From the NCBI GenBank assembly GCA_002441305.1, contig DJVT01000014.1:101642-165641 (forward strand): a stretch of DNA of 64,000 nt. The letters run 5' to 3'. The stretch comes from Candidatus Omnitrophica bacterium UBA6249. Lineage in GTDB: Bacteria; Omnitrophota; Gorgyraeia; Gygaellales; Profunditerraquicolaceae. Every line of letters starts with the position of its first letter. Position 1 is the stretch's first letter. Under the pieces are notes generated by a model. That model was not told the origin of the DNA. It ran no database searches and saw only the letters and a program-made list of their open reading frames with translations. A program made the position numbers and the translations under genes. Positions 44,357 to 52,477 of this stretch are shown one piece after another.

Positions 44357-44593
44357 ATAAAAATACTGTATTCTGTATACTGACTTAAATATATCTACAA
44401 CATATAGTAATAATACTTTCATTCTGTAACTTCATGAATCAGTCATATACAAACTGGTGTCCAAGTAGTGCCCATTTTTAATCTAAATCATAATAATCAA
44501 TACCAATCAATACCAACAAAAAATCCCCCATAAGTGATTCATTATGGAGGACTTAACTGATTTATCGTCGATAACTGGACAATCCTAAAATAT

Positions 44594-44633
44594 CATTAAG
44601 AGTGTCCTGCTCTACCAATTGAGCTAATGGCCC
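44594..44633. repeat. attR-side 40-bp direct repeat: the displaced native 5' half of tRNA-Lys
   Basis: It is identical to 36085-36124. No tRNA 3' half follows it; the adjacent sequence is ...CCTAAAATAT. Confidence 0.9.
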
Positions 44634-44708
44634 GAAGTAATCAACCGTTTATTTGCTCATGTTAAGCACCCAGGCAAAGAGATATCCCAGGCGCTAAGAT
44701 CAGGTGTT

Positions 44709-44737
44709 ATTGTAGCCTAAAACCGGTTATTTTGCAA
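44709..44737 (-). promoter_or_regulatory. Probable native tRNA-Lys promoter, now upstream of the orphan 5' fragment
   Basis: The minus strand reads TTGCAA (44732-44737)-17 nt-TACAAT (44709-44714), about 75 nt upstream of the fragment's 5' end. Confidence 0.5.
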
Positions 44738-44811
44738 CTTCAATTTAAATTAAAAGGAAATGCCGAAACCAAGGCGGTTTTCAATACGAGGAAAGATCCG
44801 TATTCGCTTAC

Positions 44812-45306
44812 TTACTCGGTTTTCTTTACTTTATTTTCTTCGGGAAACTGGCGGCCCTTCATAACCCCGTTCTCGTAAGTATCCGCGTATATAAGCTCGC
44901 CATCGGGGCGGTATGTCCTGGAAACCCCGTCCAACTTCCCGTCCTTATAACTCATTTCGGCCTGGAGCTTGCCGTTTTCAAAATAGAATCTCGATATCCC
45001 GTGGGATTTATCGTTCTTATAGTTGACCTTCGCCTGCAGTTTGCCGCTTTCGAAATAAAACCTTGCCTCCCCCTCTTTTTTGCCGTCTTTGTAGTTCCAT
45101 ATCAATTTCAGGCGGCCGTTCGGGTAATAGGACTTGAAGGCGCCGTTGAGCTTGCCCTGCTTGATTGCCCCGGTCTCCCGCAGTTTCCCGTCGGAATAAC
45201 GCGACTTGAAAGAGCCGCTTCCCGGTGCCTTGGTTTTCGATAAGAATAAGCCTATGACCGAACCGACAATGACCGCGCTCAATAATAAGATTATTTTTCT
45301 CTTCAT
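44812..45306 (-). CDS. MORN-repeat (YwqK-like) protein with an N-terminal signal/anchor
   Basis: The repeats are Y.NG.L......YK.GK..G; examples are YYPNGRLKLIWNYKDGKKEG and FYFENGKLQAEMSYKDGKLDG. Confidence 0.8.
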   Translation of the reverse strand: MKRKIILLLSAVIVGSVIGLFLSKTKAPGSGSFKSRYSDGKLRETGAIKQGKLNGAFKSYYPNGRLKLIWNYKDGKKEGEARFYFESGKLQAKVNYKNDKSHGISRFYFENGKLQAEMSYKDGKLDGVSRTYRPDGELIYADTYENGVMKGRQFPEENKVKKTE

Positions 45307-45412
45307 GCCACTTCTCCTTCCGGCGCCTGGTTAACCGATGATGTTTATTATCCTTCCTTTACGGCGTAAAATCAACTGTTTTTTCCCATTCTGCAGCCAA
45401 AAACAGCCCCCT

Positions 45413-45607
45413 TCAAATCATCATAAGAGCAATAAAACTGAACAAAATTATGAGCACGAGGATAATGACAAAAATGGAATGTTTCGGGTATTTCAGCCTG
45501 CCCATGAACCCTGCGGCGCGGCCAAGGCTTTCTCCGCAATACAGGCACAACAGGGCATCATCGTCGTAAATAGGCTTCTTGCAATGCGGGCAAATACATT
45601 CCGCCAT
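45413..45607 (-). CDS. Zinc-ribbon protein with a C-terminal TM anchor (64 aa)
   Basis: CPHC...CLYC, followed by the hydrophobic tail IFVIILVLIILFSFIALMMI. Confidence 0.5.
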   Translation of the reverse strand: MAECICPHCKKPIYDDDALLCLYCGESLGRAAGFMGRLKYPKHSIFVIILVLIILFSFIALMMI

Positions 45608-45798
45608 CAGAAACCGCTCCTTTCCCGGGCCTGCATATTAAAGGCCTGCCGCCGGAGCCAGAAACCATAACCTGCGGGAAAAACAGAATATTCAGGAGTA
45701 TTCGATATGGAGAGAAGAAAAGAAATACCGCTACGAAAAACAGGAATAGGCAATAAGTCGATGGGCTTATCGGAAATCATACTCGTCAACCTGCCGGT

Positions 45799-46137
45799 TT
45801 ACTTACCCTTTCCGGATGTCTCCCGCAGCCTGGCAGCCAGGTCGAGCAAAACAGGATCGCCGCGCATACCCAGCTCTTCCGCTTTACGCACATCCTTCCA
45901 GCTCGCCTCGTAATTGCCGTCGTGGAAATAAGCAACCGCCCTATTGTAATAGGCGCCCGCGTACCCCGGGTTAGCTTTAATCTCCTTACTGAATACGGCG
46001 ATTATATCCGCAAGCTCCTCCTTATCCATGGAGACGGGCGGGGCTATCTTTGCGGGCTGAAAATAATCACTGGTGTCTTTGCGGGTAGTGGCACAACCTG
46101 CTAACAGCAGGCATAAAAGGAAAATAAGTTTGTTCAT
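45799..46137 (-). CDS. TPR-containing lipoprotein
   Basis: Lipobox LLAGC and a TPR unit AGAYYNRAVAYFHDGNYEASWKDVRKAEELG. Confidence 0.7.
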   Translation of the reverse strand: MNKLIFLLCLLLAGCATTRKDTSDYFQPAKIAPPVSMDKEELADIIAVFSKEIKANPGYAGAYYNRAVAYFHDGNYEASWKDVRKAEELGMRGDPVLLDLAARLRETSGKGK

Positions 46138-46167
46138 TCCTCCCTCCTTTTATTCTATAATTTTACC

Positions 46168-46596
46168 TTAAAAAGACTCAAATTGCAATTCATCGCCATA
46201 CATTAAACCCATCCTATCCACGCTCCCGGCGTTAAGCTCCAGCACATACATGGCTTTCTCTTCCGGACAAAACATCTCATACTCCCCTGATCTTTCCGGT
46301 TGAGCGTCTCTTTTGATAAAAACCACCTTCCTGTATTTGTTTATCCAAATTATGTCCAGGGGGATAAGGGTGTTTTTCATATAAAAAGACCTTGGGGCTT
46401 CGTCATCATAGATAAAAAGCATACCTGAATCCTCCGGCAGGCTATCCACGAACATCAGCCCCTTCTCCTGCCGCAGCCTGTCTTCTGCCGTTTCTACGCG
46501 AAAACAGGAATCTTTAAAACATACTACCCTGCGCGCAGGCGGCTCTTCGGAAAAAGCCTCGGCCGCACCGATAAAAAACAAGATTATAAAGAACAG
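46168..46596 (-). CDS. DUF192-domain protein; start codon unresolved
   Basis: GLMFVDSLPEDSGMLFIY...MKNTLIPLDIIWI is DUF192-like. The track's N-terminal ~40 codons are actually tRNA-Arg(TCG). No ATG lies downstream of the tRNA, so CTG 46596 is only a placeholder. Confidence 0.65.
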   Translation of the reverse strand: MFFIILFFIGAAEAFSEEPPARRVVCFKDSCFRVETAEDRLRQEKGLMFVDSLPEDSGMLFIYDDEAPRSFYMKNTLIPLDIIWINKYRKVVFIKRDAQPERSGEYEMFCPEEKAMYVLELNAGSVDRMGLMYGDELQFESF

Positions 46597-46630
46597 TGTC
46601 TGTATTCCCTTAAGGGCTGTATGAGCTAAA

Positions 46631-46704
46631 CGCGCCTGGCAGGAATCGAACCTGCAACGCCTAGCTCCGAAGGCTAGCGCTCTATCCAATTGAGCTACAG
46701 GCGC
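46631..46704 (-). tRNA. tRNA-Arg (TCG)
   Basis: GCGCCTGTAGCTCAATTGGATAGAGCGCTAGCCTTCGGAGCTAGGCGTTGCAGGTTCGATTCCTGCCAGGCGCG. Confidence 0.9.
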
Positions 46705-46755
46705 ATAGGCATACAGGTTACAGGCCTCAGGGCAGAATAGGCCGCGCATATAAAA

Positions 46756-47475
46756 TTAAATAATCTCCGCTTTATCCCCGAGCATACCGCGGATCTCGGC
46801 CAACCTTTTTTTATCGACGGGCAGAACCCCGCTTTCTGCGGTAGAGCGCACAGGTGAATTAAGCTGCACCTTATCCGGGTTAATCAATTTAACCCATTTG
46901 ACCAGATCCTCGATATGTTTAATATCGTCGTTGATCCCGGAAAGCAGCATTATTTCAAGCCAAATCTGCCCGTTGAATTCTTTTCTCAAAGCAACCAGCC
47001 CTTCAAGGATAGAATCGAGCTCCACCCCGCTGCAGGGACGGTCGATCTTCTTGAATATTTCCTCGTCTACCGCATCCAGAGAAGGAACAATCAAATCCGC
47101 GCTTAATATGGATTTCCTTACCTCGGGCGAGCCTAAAAGAGTGGAATTCGTAATAACCGCTACCTTGGCCCCGGTAGCTTCCCGGGCCGATTCGATCACC
47201 TCTCCAATGCATGTATTCAATGTAGGCTCACCGAATCCCGAAAGCGTAACGAAATTCAGCTTCTTCGCTTCCACAGGATATTCAAGTAGCCATGACTTCA
47301 GCTCGGCTATTATCTCCGCGGCAGCTACATATTCCTTCCTCTCCGACACCTGGGAAGAAGTCCTCCCCCATTGACAGTAAATACAATCGAAATTACATAC
47401 CTTGCGCAAACTCAAGCTCAACCCCAGAGATAAACCCAGCCTGCGTGATTTAATCGGACCATAAATATATTTCAT
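46756..47475 (-). CDS. Radical SAM protein
   Basis: CNFDCIYC is a CxxxCxxC cluster near the N-terminus, after YGPIKSRRLGLSLG. Confidence 0.8.
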   Translation of the reverse strand: MKYIYGPIKSRRLGLSLGLSLSLRKVCNFDCIYCQWGRTSSQVSERKEYVAAAEIIAELKSWLLEYPVEAKKLNFVTLSGFGEPTLNTCIGEVIESAREATGAKVAVITNSTLLGSPEVRKSILSADLIVPSLDAVDEEIFKKIDRPCSGVELDSILEGLVALRKEFNGQIWLEIMLLSGINDDIKHIEDLVKWVKLINPDKVQLNSPVRSTAESGVLPVDKKRLAEIRGMLGDKAEII

Positions 47476-47556
47476 AGCTGACCCTGCCTATAAAATTCAG
47501 GGCGCCGCTCGTTCTAAGCAGCGCCCTTGACTGATTCATGAATACCCGGGTAAGAG

Positions 47557-47832
47557 TTATTTTACTTCCGTAACGCAATTATGCGTCCCAAGCGAATTGG
47601 CTACACAGCTGGTGCATTGGGGATCGTTCATCCACTCCCCGTCGACGACAAATTTATACTCGTATCTTCCGGGCTTCAGACCGACCTTCACCGACCAGTT
47701 ACCCTTGCTGTCCTTCTTGGCGGCCAATTTGCTGTTATCCCATTTATTGAAACTTCCGGCAAGCACGACCTTCTTGGCTCCAGGAGCATATAATTTAAAT
47801 TCCGTTATTTTCTTTCCAACTACGCGCGACAT
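47557..47832 (-). CDS. Glycogen-binding (CBM48/AMPK-beta-like E-set) domain protein
   Basis: FKLYAPGAKKVVLAGSFNKWD...GRYEYKFVVDGEWMNDP. Confidence 0.7.
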   Translation of the reverse strand: MSRVVGKKITEFKLYAPGAKKVVLAGSFNKWDNSKLAAKKDSKGNWSVKVGLKPGRYEYKFVVDGEWMNDPQCTSCVANSLGTHNCVTEVK

Positions 47833-47906
47833 ATCTACCTCCTTTTATATAAACTTATTCTTACACCAGAAACCCCGCCTGTCAAGAAAATTCATGTCAG
47901 GCAAGT

Positions 47907-48710
47907 TTATACTGCAACTATAGATACTCCTTTCTTATCAGCCAAACGGACGCTTTCCTCCCGGTCGATAAAAAGTGTTTTCTCCGCCTCAAAAGCCAGG
48001 CACTTAGCCCCGGCCTTAACCAGGCTCTTTACTGTGCCCAACCCCACAACCGGGACGTCGAAACGCATATCCTGCCTAGGCTTGCTTACCTTGACGATAA
48101 CAACATTTCTGCCTCCGGTCTTTCCCGAACGGCGGATCAACCTATCAGTGCCCTCAAAGGCCTCCACGGCTACTATCGCCTTGCTTTTTACAGCAACTGT
48201 CTGCCCTATATCGAGTTCGGCTACCGCCTTGGCCAGGTTGAGGCCGAAATAAACATCATCCCATGTATGAAAATCCGGCTGCAGCCTGGTAAGGGCGCCC
48301 TTTTTCGGCATGCAATCTTTGACAAAGATGGTCGAATCAAGAAGGATAAACCCCTCTCCTTCCAGCTTGCGCGCTACGGCCCCGAATAGGCTGTCCGCTT
48401 TTTTATCTTTTAGAGAATAGAGTATCTCTTTAAGTTCCCGGCTCTTGAGTATGTCTCTGCTGAAAAGCCTGAAAGGGCTGATCTGCCCCGCCATGGCCAC
48501 GTTCTTTACCCCTTCCGAGGAAAAAATACCGAATATTTTATTGAACTCCGAAAGGCTCAACCAGTGGACTTTGTCAACCAGTTGTTTTATGCGAGGGGAA
48601 GTGTCGCCTTTAATGGCAATGGCTACGATCTCGTATCCCTTTTTCCTGGCGCCCGAGGAAAAAAGCAAAGGGAATTTCTTGCTGCCGGCAATCAAACCGA
48701 TCTTTTCCAT
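47907..48710 (-). CDS. lpxI: UDP-2,3-diacylglucosamine diphosphatase LpxI
   Basis: The DUF1009/LpxI-like N-terminus is IGLIAGSKKFPLLF. It sits within the lpx cluster. Confidence 0.8.
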   Translation of the reverse strand: MEKIGLIAGSKKFPLLFSSGARKKGYEIVAIAIKGDTSPRIKQLVDKVHWLSLSEFNKIFGIFSSEGVKNVAMAGQISPFRLFSRDILKSRELKEILYSLKDKKADSLFGAVARKLEGEGFILLDSTIFVKDCMPKKGALTRLQPDFHTWDDVYFGLNLAKAVAELDIGQTVAVKSKAIVAVEAFEGTDRLIRRSGKTGGRNVVIVKVSKPRQDMRFDVPVVGLGTVKSLVKAGAKCLAFEAEKTLFIDREESVRLADKKGVSIVAV

Positions 48711-48731
48711 CTGGATAATCCTCTCCTGGTC

Positions 48732-49514
48732 CTAACGGCAGGAACGGACAAGGCCCCGTTCCGAATTTTTGACGAAATTTATCAGGTATTTGGTTTCTTC
48801 CGTACCGGACAATTCTTTCTCGGCCTTTAAAACGGAGTGTTTGATAGAAAATCCGGAGTTGAATATCAATTTAAACGCCCGGTCAATCTGCCTGATGGAT
48901 TCAGGCGGAATCTCCCTACGCCTCAGCCCGACAAGGTTCAAACCGTAGACGCGCGCAGGATGGCCGTCGCAGGTGGAAAAAGGGGGGATATCCTGTACGA
49001 CCTTGGAGCATCCCCCAATAATAGAAAGCATCCCGACTCTGACAAACTGATGGATAGCAACCAATCCCCCGATTACCGCCTTGTCTTCTATGGTAACGTG
49101 CCCGGCAAGCGTGCCGTTGTTCGCCAGGATGCACTCGTTTCCGATGCGGCAGTCGTGGGCGACATGACAATAGGCCATAAGCAGATTATTATTCCCGATC
49201 TCCGTCCTACCTCCCCCCTGGCTCGTCCCGGGATTAAGGGTGCAGTATTCGCGGATAATATTGTTATCCCCGATCCGCAAGAATACATCCTCCCCTTTGA
49301 ATTTCAAATCCTGAGGCTGGCTGCCTACTACCGCCCCGGTGAACACCTGGCATTTAGCGCCTATGGTGGTATTGCCGTCAATGACGCAGTGCGCGCCTAT
49401 TACGCTATCGTCTCCAATTAAGACATTATCCCCGATAACGGTATACGGCCCGACCGCCACATTCCTGCCCAGTTTAGCTTTCGGGGAAATTATCGAACTC
49501 GGATGTACAGACAT
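48732..49514 (-). CDS. lpxA: Acyl-ACP--UDP-GlcNAc O-acyltransferase LpxA
   Basis: Hexapeptide repeats. MSVHPSSIISPKAKLG is a typical start. ATG 49514 lies 2 nt after the upstream stop; the track start is 49535. Confidence 0.9.
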   Translation of the reverse strand: MSVHPSSIISPKAKLGRNVAVGPYTVIGDNVLIGDDSVIGAHCVIDGNTTIGAKCQVFTGAVVGSQPQDLKFKGEDVFLRIGDNNIIREYCTLNPGTSQGGGRTEIGNNNLLMAYCHVAHDCRIGNECILANNGTLAGHVTIEDKAVIGGLVAIHQFVRVGMLSIIGGCSKVVQDIPPFSTCDGHPARVYGLNLVGLRRREIPPESIRQIDRAFKLIFNSGFSIKHSVLKAEKELSGTEETKYLINFVKNSERGLVRSCR

Positions 49515-49516
49515 TC

Positions 49517-50806
49517 TCACTCCACTAAAGCGCAAACAAAATCGGCTTCCGCTACCACCTTGCCGTCCACCAGGGCTTTTCCGCGCACCTGGCCGGTTTT
49601 CGTTTTAACTTTTACCGCCTCGACTTCAAGATGAAGCTGGTCTCCCGGCACAACCGGCTTACGGAATTTCACATTATCAATCGACAGGAAAAATGCCAGT
49701 TTGCCCTTGTTCTCCTCGGAGGCGAGCATCATTACCCCTCCTACCTGGGCCATCGCCTCGACGATAATCACTCCCGGCATTACCGGACGCCCAGGGAAAT
49801 GCCCCCTGAAAAAATAATCATTTATAGTTACATTCTTTATCCCGACCGCGCGTTTGCCTTTTTCAAGATGGATTATCCTGTCCACGAACAAAAACGGCTC
49901 TCTGTGCGGGATAATCTTCATAATCTCGCTTACGTCTAAAACATCCCCCATGGCATCTGCTCCTTGTATTTTTGTTTTCTGTTCAAACACTTTCTGGGCA
50001 AGTTTAAGGTTCAGGGAATGCCCGCTCCTGAAAGCTACCACATGCCCGCGTATCGGGCAGGCGGCGAGATATAAATCCCCGATCAAATCGAGTACTTTAT
50101 GCCTGGCGAACTCATCCTTAAAACGCAGCTTGTTCCCGATTACCCCGTCCTCACCCACGACCAGGGTATTGTCATAACTGGCCCCAAGCCCCAGCCCCTG
50201 TTTCCTCAATTCGGAGGCCTCGCTCTCCAGGCAAAAAGTGCGCGCGGGGGCAATCTGGCTTTTGAAGGACTCGAGGTTCACGCTGATTTCGAAAGACTGG
50301 GAACGCAGAAGAGGATGGTTATAATCCAGGGTATAAGAAATCTTAAAATCGTCAGCAGGCAGTATGGTAATCGAAGAGTTGCCTTCCTTGACCGATATCG
50401 GCTCTTTGACCGTATGCACGTACCTGTCCTTGCCCTGCTCGACCGTCCCGGCACCTTCGAGCGCTTCCAGGAATTTAACCGCGCTGCCGTCCAGCCCGGG
50501 AAGCTCATTGCCGTCTATTTCTATGTCTATATTATCTATCCCCATACTGGAGAGCACGGACATAAGATGTTCGATGGTCTGCACCTCGGCGCCGTTATCG
50601 GCGATAGAGCTGCGCCGGGTGAATTTTGCCGCCAGGAACGACTGCACGTTGGCCGGGATCCTCGGATTGCCGGGGAGGTCCATACGGATAAAAGTCACGC
50701 CGGAACAAGGCTGCGCCGGCTTCAAAGTGATATTTACATTCTTACCCGTATGTATACCGATCCCGGAAAGTGAAATCTGGCGGGATATAGTTTGCTGTTT
50801 CGGCAT
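49517..50806 (-). CDS. lpxC: Bifunctional UDP-3-O-acyl-GlcNAc deacetylase / 3-hydroxyacyl-ACP dehydratase (LpxC-FabZ fusion)
   Basis: The N-terminal ~280 aa are LpxC-like. The C-terminus is a FabZ hotdog (PHREPFLFVDRI...GHFPGRPVMPGV). Confidence 0.9.
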   Translation of the reverse strand: MPKQQTISRQISLSGIGIHTGKNVNITLKPAQPCSGVTFIRMDLPGNPRIPANVQSFLAAKFTRRSSIADNGAEVQTIEHLMSVLSSMGIDNIDIEIDGNELPGLDGSAVKFLEALEGAGTVEQGKDRYVHTVKEPISVKEGNSSITILPADDFKISYTLDYNHPLLRSQSFEISVNLESFKSQIAPARTFCLESEASELRKQGLGLGASYDNTLVVGEDGVIGNKLRFKDEFARHKVLDLIGDLYLAACPIRGHVVAFRSGHSLNLKLAQKVFEQKTKIQGADAMGDVLDVSEIMKIIPHREPFLFVDRIIHLEKGKRAVGIKNVTINDYFFRGHFPGRPVMPGVIIVEAMAQVGGVMMLASEENKGKLAFFLSIDNVKFRKPVVPGDQLHLEVEAVKVKTKTGQVRGKALVDGKVVAEADFVCALVE

Positions 50807-51843
50807 TATTTATTTTCCAGTTTGGCTTCCAGCTCTTCTATCTTCTTTTTCAGCTCCCTGACCAGGCTGAAAAGCTTGGGCAGGTTCTGCAAGCTGGCGT
50901 TAACTCTCTGATTGGTCATATAAGGCCTGGCGGGATAACCGGATACCATGGTATCCGCGGGTACGGATTTGGCGACTCCCGATTGGGCGGTAACTATAGC
51001 ATTATCACCGACGGTAATATGGCCCACTAAGCCGGCCTGGCCGGCGAGGGTCACGTTATTGCCGATAATAGTGCTCCCTGATATGCCTACCTGGGCGACG
51101 ATCAACGAATTCTCTCCGATCACCACATTATGGGCAATCTGCACCAGGTTGTCTATCTTGGCGCCCTTTCCGATAACTGTCTTGTCGAAGCGCGCGCGGT
51201 CGATAGTGACATTTGCGCCTATCTCCACATCATCCGCAATCTCGACTGTCCCGACCTGGGGAATCTTATGGTGAGAACCTTTTATCGTGGCAAAACCAAA
51301 TCCGTCCGAGCCGATAACCGTACCGGAATGTATGATGACCCGGCTGCCGATATTAATACGTTCTCTTATGGAAACATGCGGATAAATCACGGTGCGGCTA
51401 CCGATCCTGGTATGGTGGCCGATGAAGCATCCGGCGTAGATAACGCTGTTATCCCCGATAGAAACATTGTCACCGATAACCACGTAAGGCCCGATAGCCA
51501 CATCTTTGCCCAGGGTCACATTCCTGCCCATAACTACGGTATAATCTATCCCCTGGAAATGCCCGGCGTCATCGGGAAGGAACATAGAGATAATCTTGGC
51601 GAATGCCAGAGAGGGGTTTTCCGTCAGGATCACCGGTTTATCTGTCTTTTGGGAATCAAAAGAGGTAACCACGGCGGTAGCCAGGGTCTTGTCCATAAGC
51701 GAACTGTATTTGGGGTTCGCCAGGAAGGTAATATCCCCTTTGACCGCCTCCCTGATCCCGGAAACGCCGGTAATCAGGGTATCCCCGTTACCGATGACTT
51801 TACCGTCAACAAACTTGGCTATCTCATTCAGGGTCTTTTGCAT
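50806..51843 (-). CDS. lpxD: UDP-3-O-acylglucosamine N-acyltransferase LpxD
   Basis: Left-handed beta-helix hexapeptide repeats and a C-terminal helix, in lpx cluster context. Confidence 0.9.
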   Translation of the reverse strand: MQKTLNEIAKFVDGKVIGNGDTLITGVSGIREAVKGDITFLANPKYSSLMDKTLATAVVTSFDSQKTDKPVILTENPSLAFAKIISMFLPDDAGHFQGIDYTVVMGRNVTLGKDVAIGPYVVIGDNVSIGDNSVIYAGCFIGHHTRIGSRTVIYPHVSIRERINIGSRVIIHSGTVIGSDGFGFATIKGSHHKIPQVGTVEIADDVEIGANVTIDRARFDKTVIGKGAKIDNLVQIAHNVVIGENSLIVAQVGISGSTIIGNNVTLAGQAGLVGHITVGDNAIVTAQSGVAKSVPADTMVSGYPARPYMTNQRVNASLQNLPKLFSLVRELKKKIEELEAKLENK

Positions 51844-51896
51844 TTTTCAACCCGCCGCAAGGCATTGACCTCCGGATAAATATCCCGAGGCAAGTT

Positions 51897-52406
51897 TTAT
51901 TTGCTGTTCTTGTTCAGTATAGCGATGACCTGGTCCGTTATCTCCATAGTCTTATTCTGATACACCAGAACCCTGTCGTTGAAGACCATGGTATAGCCTT
52001 CCTTCTCCGCGTATTTCTTTACCGCGGTCTCGATGTCCTTCAGGATCTCCCGCATCTTCTCGTCCTGCTCCTTGCGCAAATCCTCCTGCTTCTTGCGGTC
52101 GGAATCCTGGAAAGATTTCATCTTGCTGTCCAGCTCGCCCCTCTTGGCATCTCTGTCCTTGTCATTTAGCAGATTCAGCTTGTCCTGCAGGGACTTCAAC
52201 TCGGATATTTTCTTATCGCGCTCATCGGTATAAGCCTTCTCTTTATCATTGAGGACCTTATCGTAGTTCTTGGTCTTTCCATACTCGCTGAAGGCCTTGC
52301 TTAAATCTATATACCCTAATTTCTCCGCCGCCTGCGCGCTATGAGCAAATAAAGCCAGGCTGAAAACAGTTAAGACACCGCATAAAACTACCGCCGATCT
52401 TTTCAT
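51897..52406 (-). CDS. skp: OmpH/Skp periplasmic chaperone
   Basis: Signal peptide, a K/E/D-rich coiled-coil body, and a position between bamA and lpxD. Confidence 0.8.
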   Translation of the reverse strand: MKRSAVVLCGVLTVFSLALFAHSAQAAEKLGYIDLSKAFSEYGKTKNYDKVLNDKEKAYTDERDKKISELKSLQDKLNLLNDKDRDAKRGELDSKMKSFQDSDRKKQEDLRKEQDEKMREILKDIETAVKKYAEKEGYTMVFNDRVLVYQNKTMEITDQVIAILNKNSK

Positions 52407-52477
52407 CTTTCTCCTCCTTGTCCCGTTTTGTCTTGCTCAGGCGCAAAACGGGATTTATTGGTTGATTATCCGCTGTT

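Larger units (their letters stand above)
36085..44633. mobile_element. Tyrosine-integrase genomic island inserted in tRNA-Lys(CTT)
   Basis: It is bounded by perfect 40-bp direct repeats. It has int and xis-like genes at the left end and is strongly AT-rich relative to both flanks. Confidence 0.85.

Noticed and set aside
44370-44395. TACTGTATTCTGTATACTG resembles an E. coli-type LexA half-site (TACTGTAT).
   Set aside because: There is no matching ACAG half-site to complete a CTGT-N8-ACAG palindrome. It is more likely a direct CTGTAT repeat in AT-rich DNA.
46597-46749. The N-terminal ~50 codons of track ORF 46168..46749.
   Set aside because: This stretch is tRNA-Arg(TCG) (46631-46704) read as protein. 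Only the DUF192 part downstream is coding.
49517-50806. The LpxC-FabZ fusion and the presence of LpxI as possible novelties.
   Set aside because: Both are established features of several diderm lineages. They are a taxonomic hint only.
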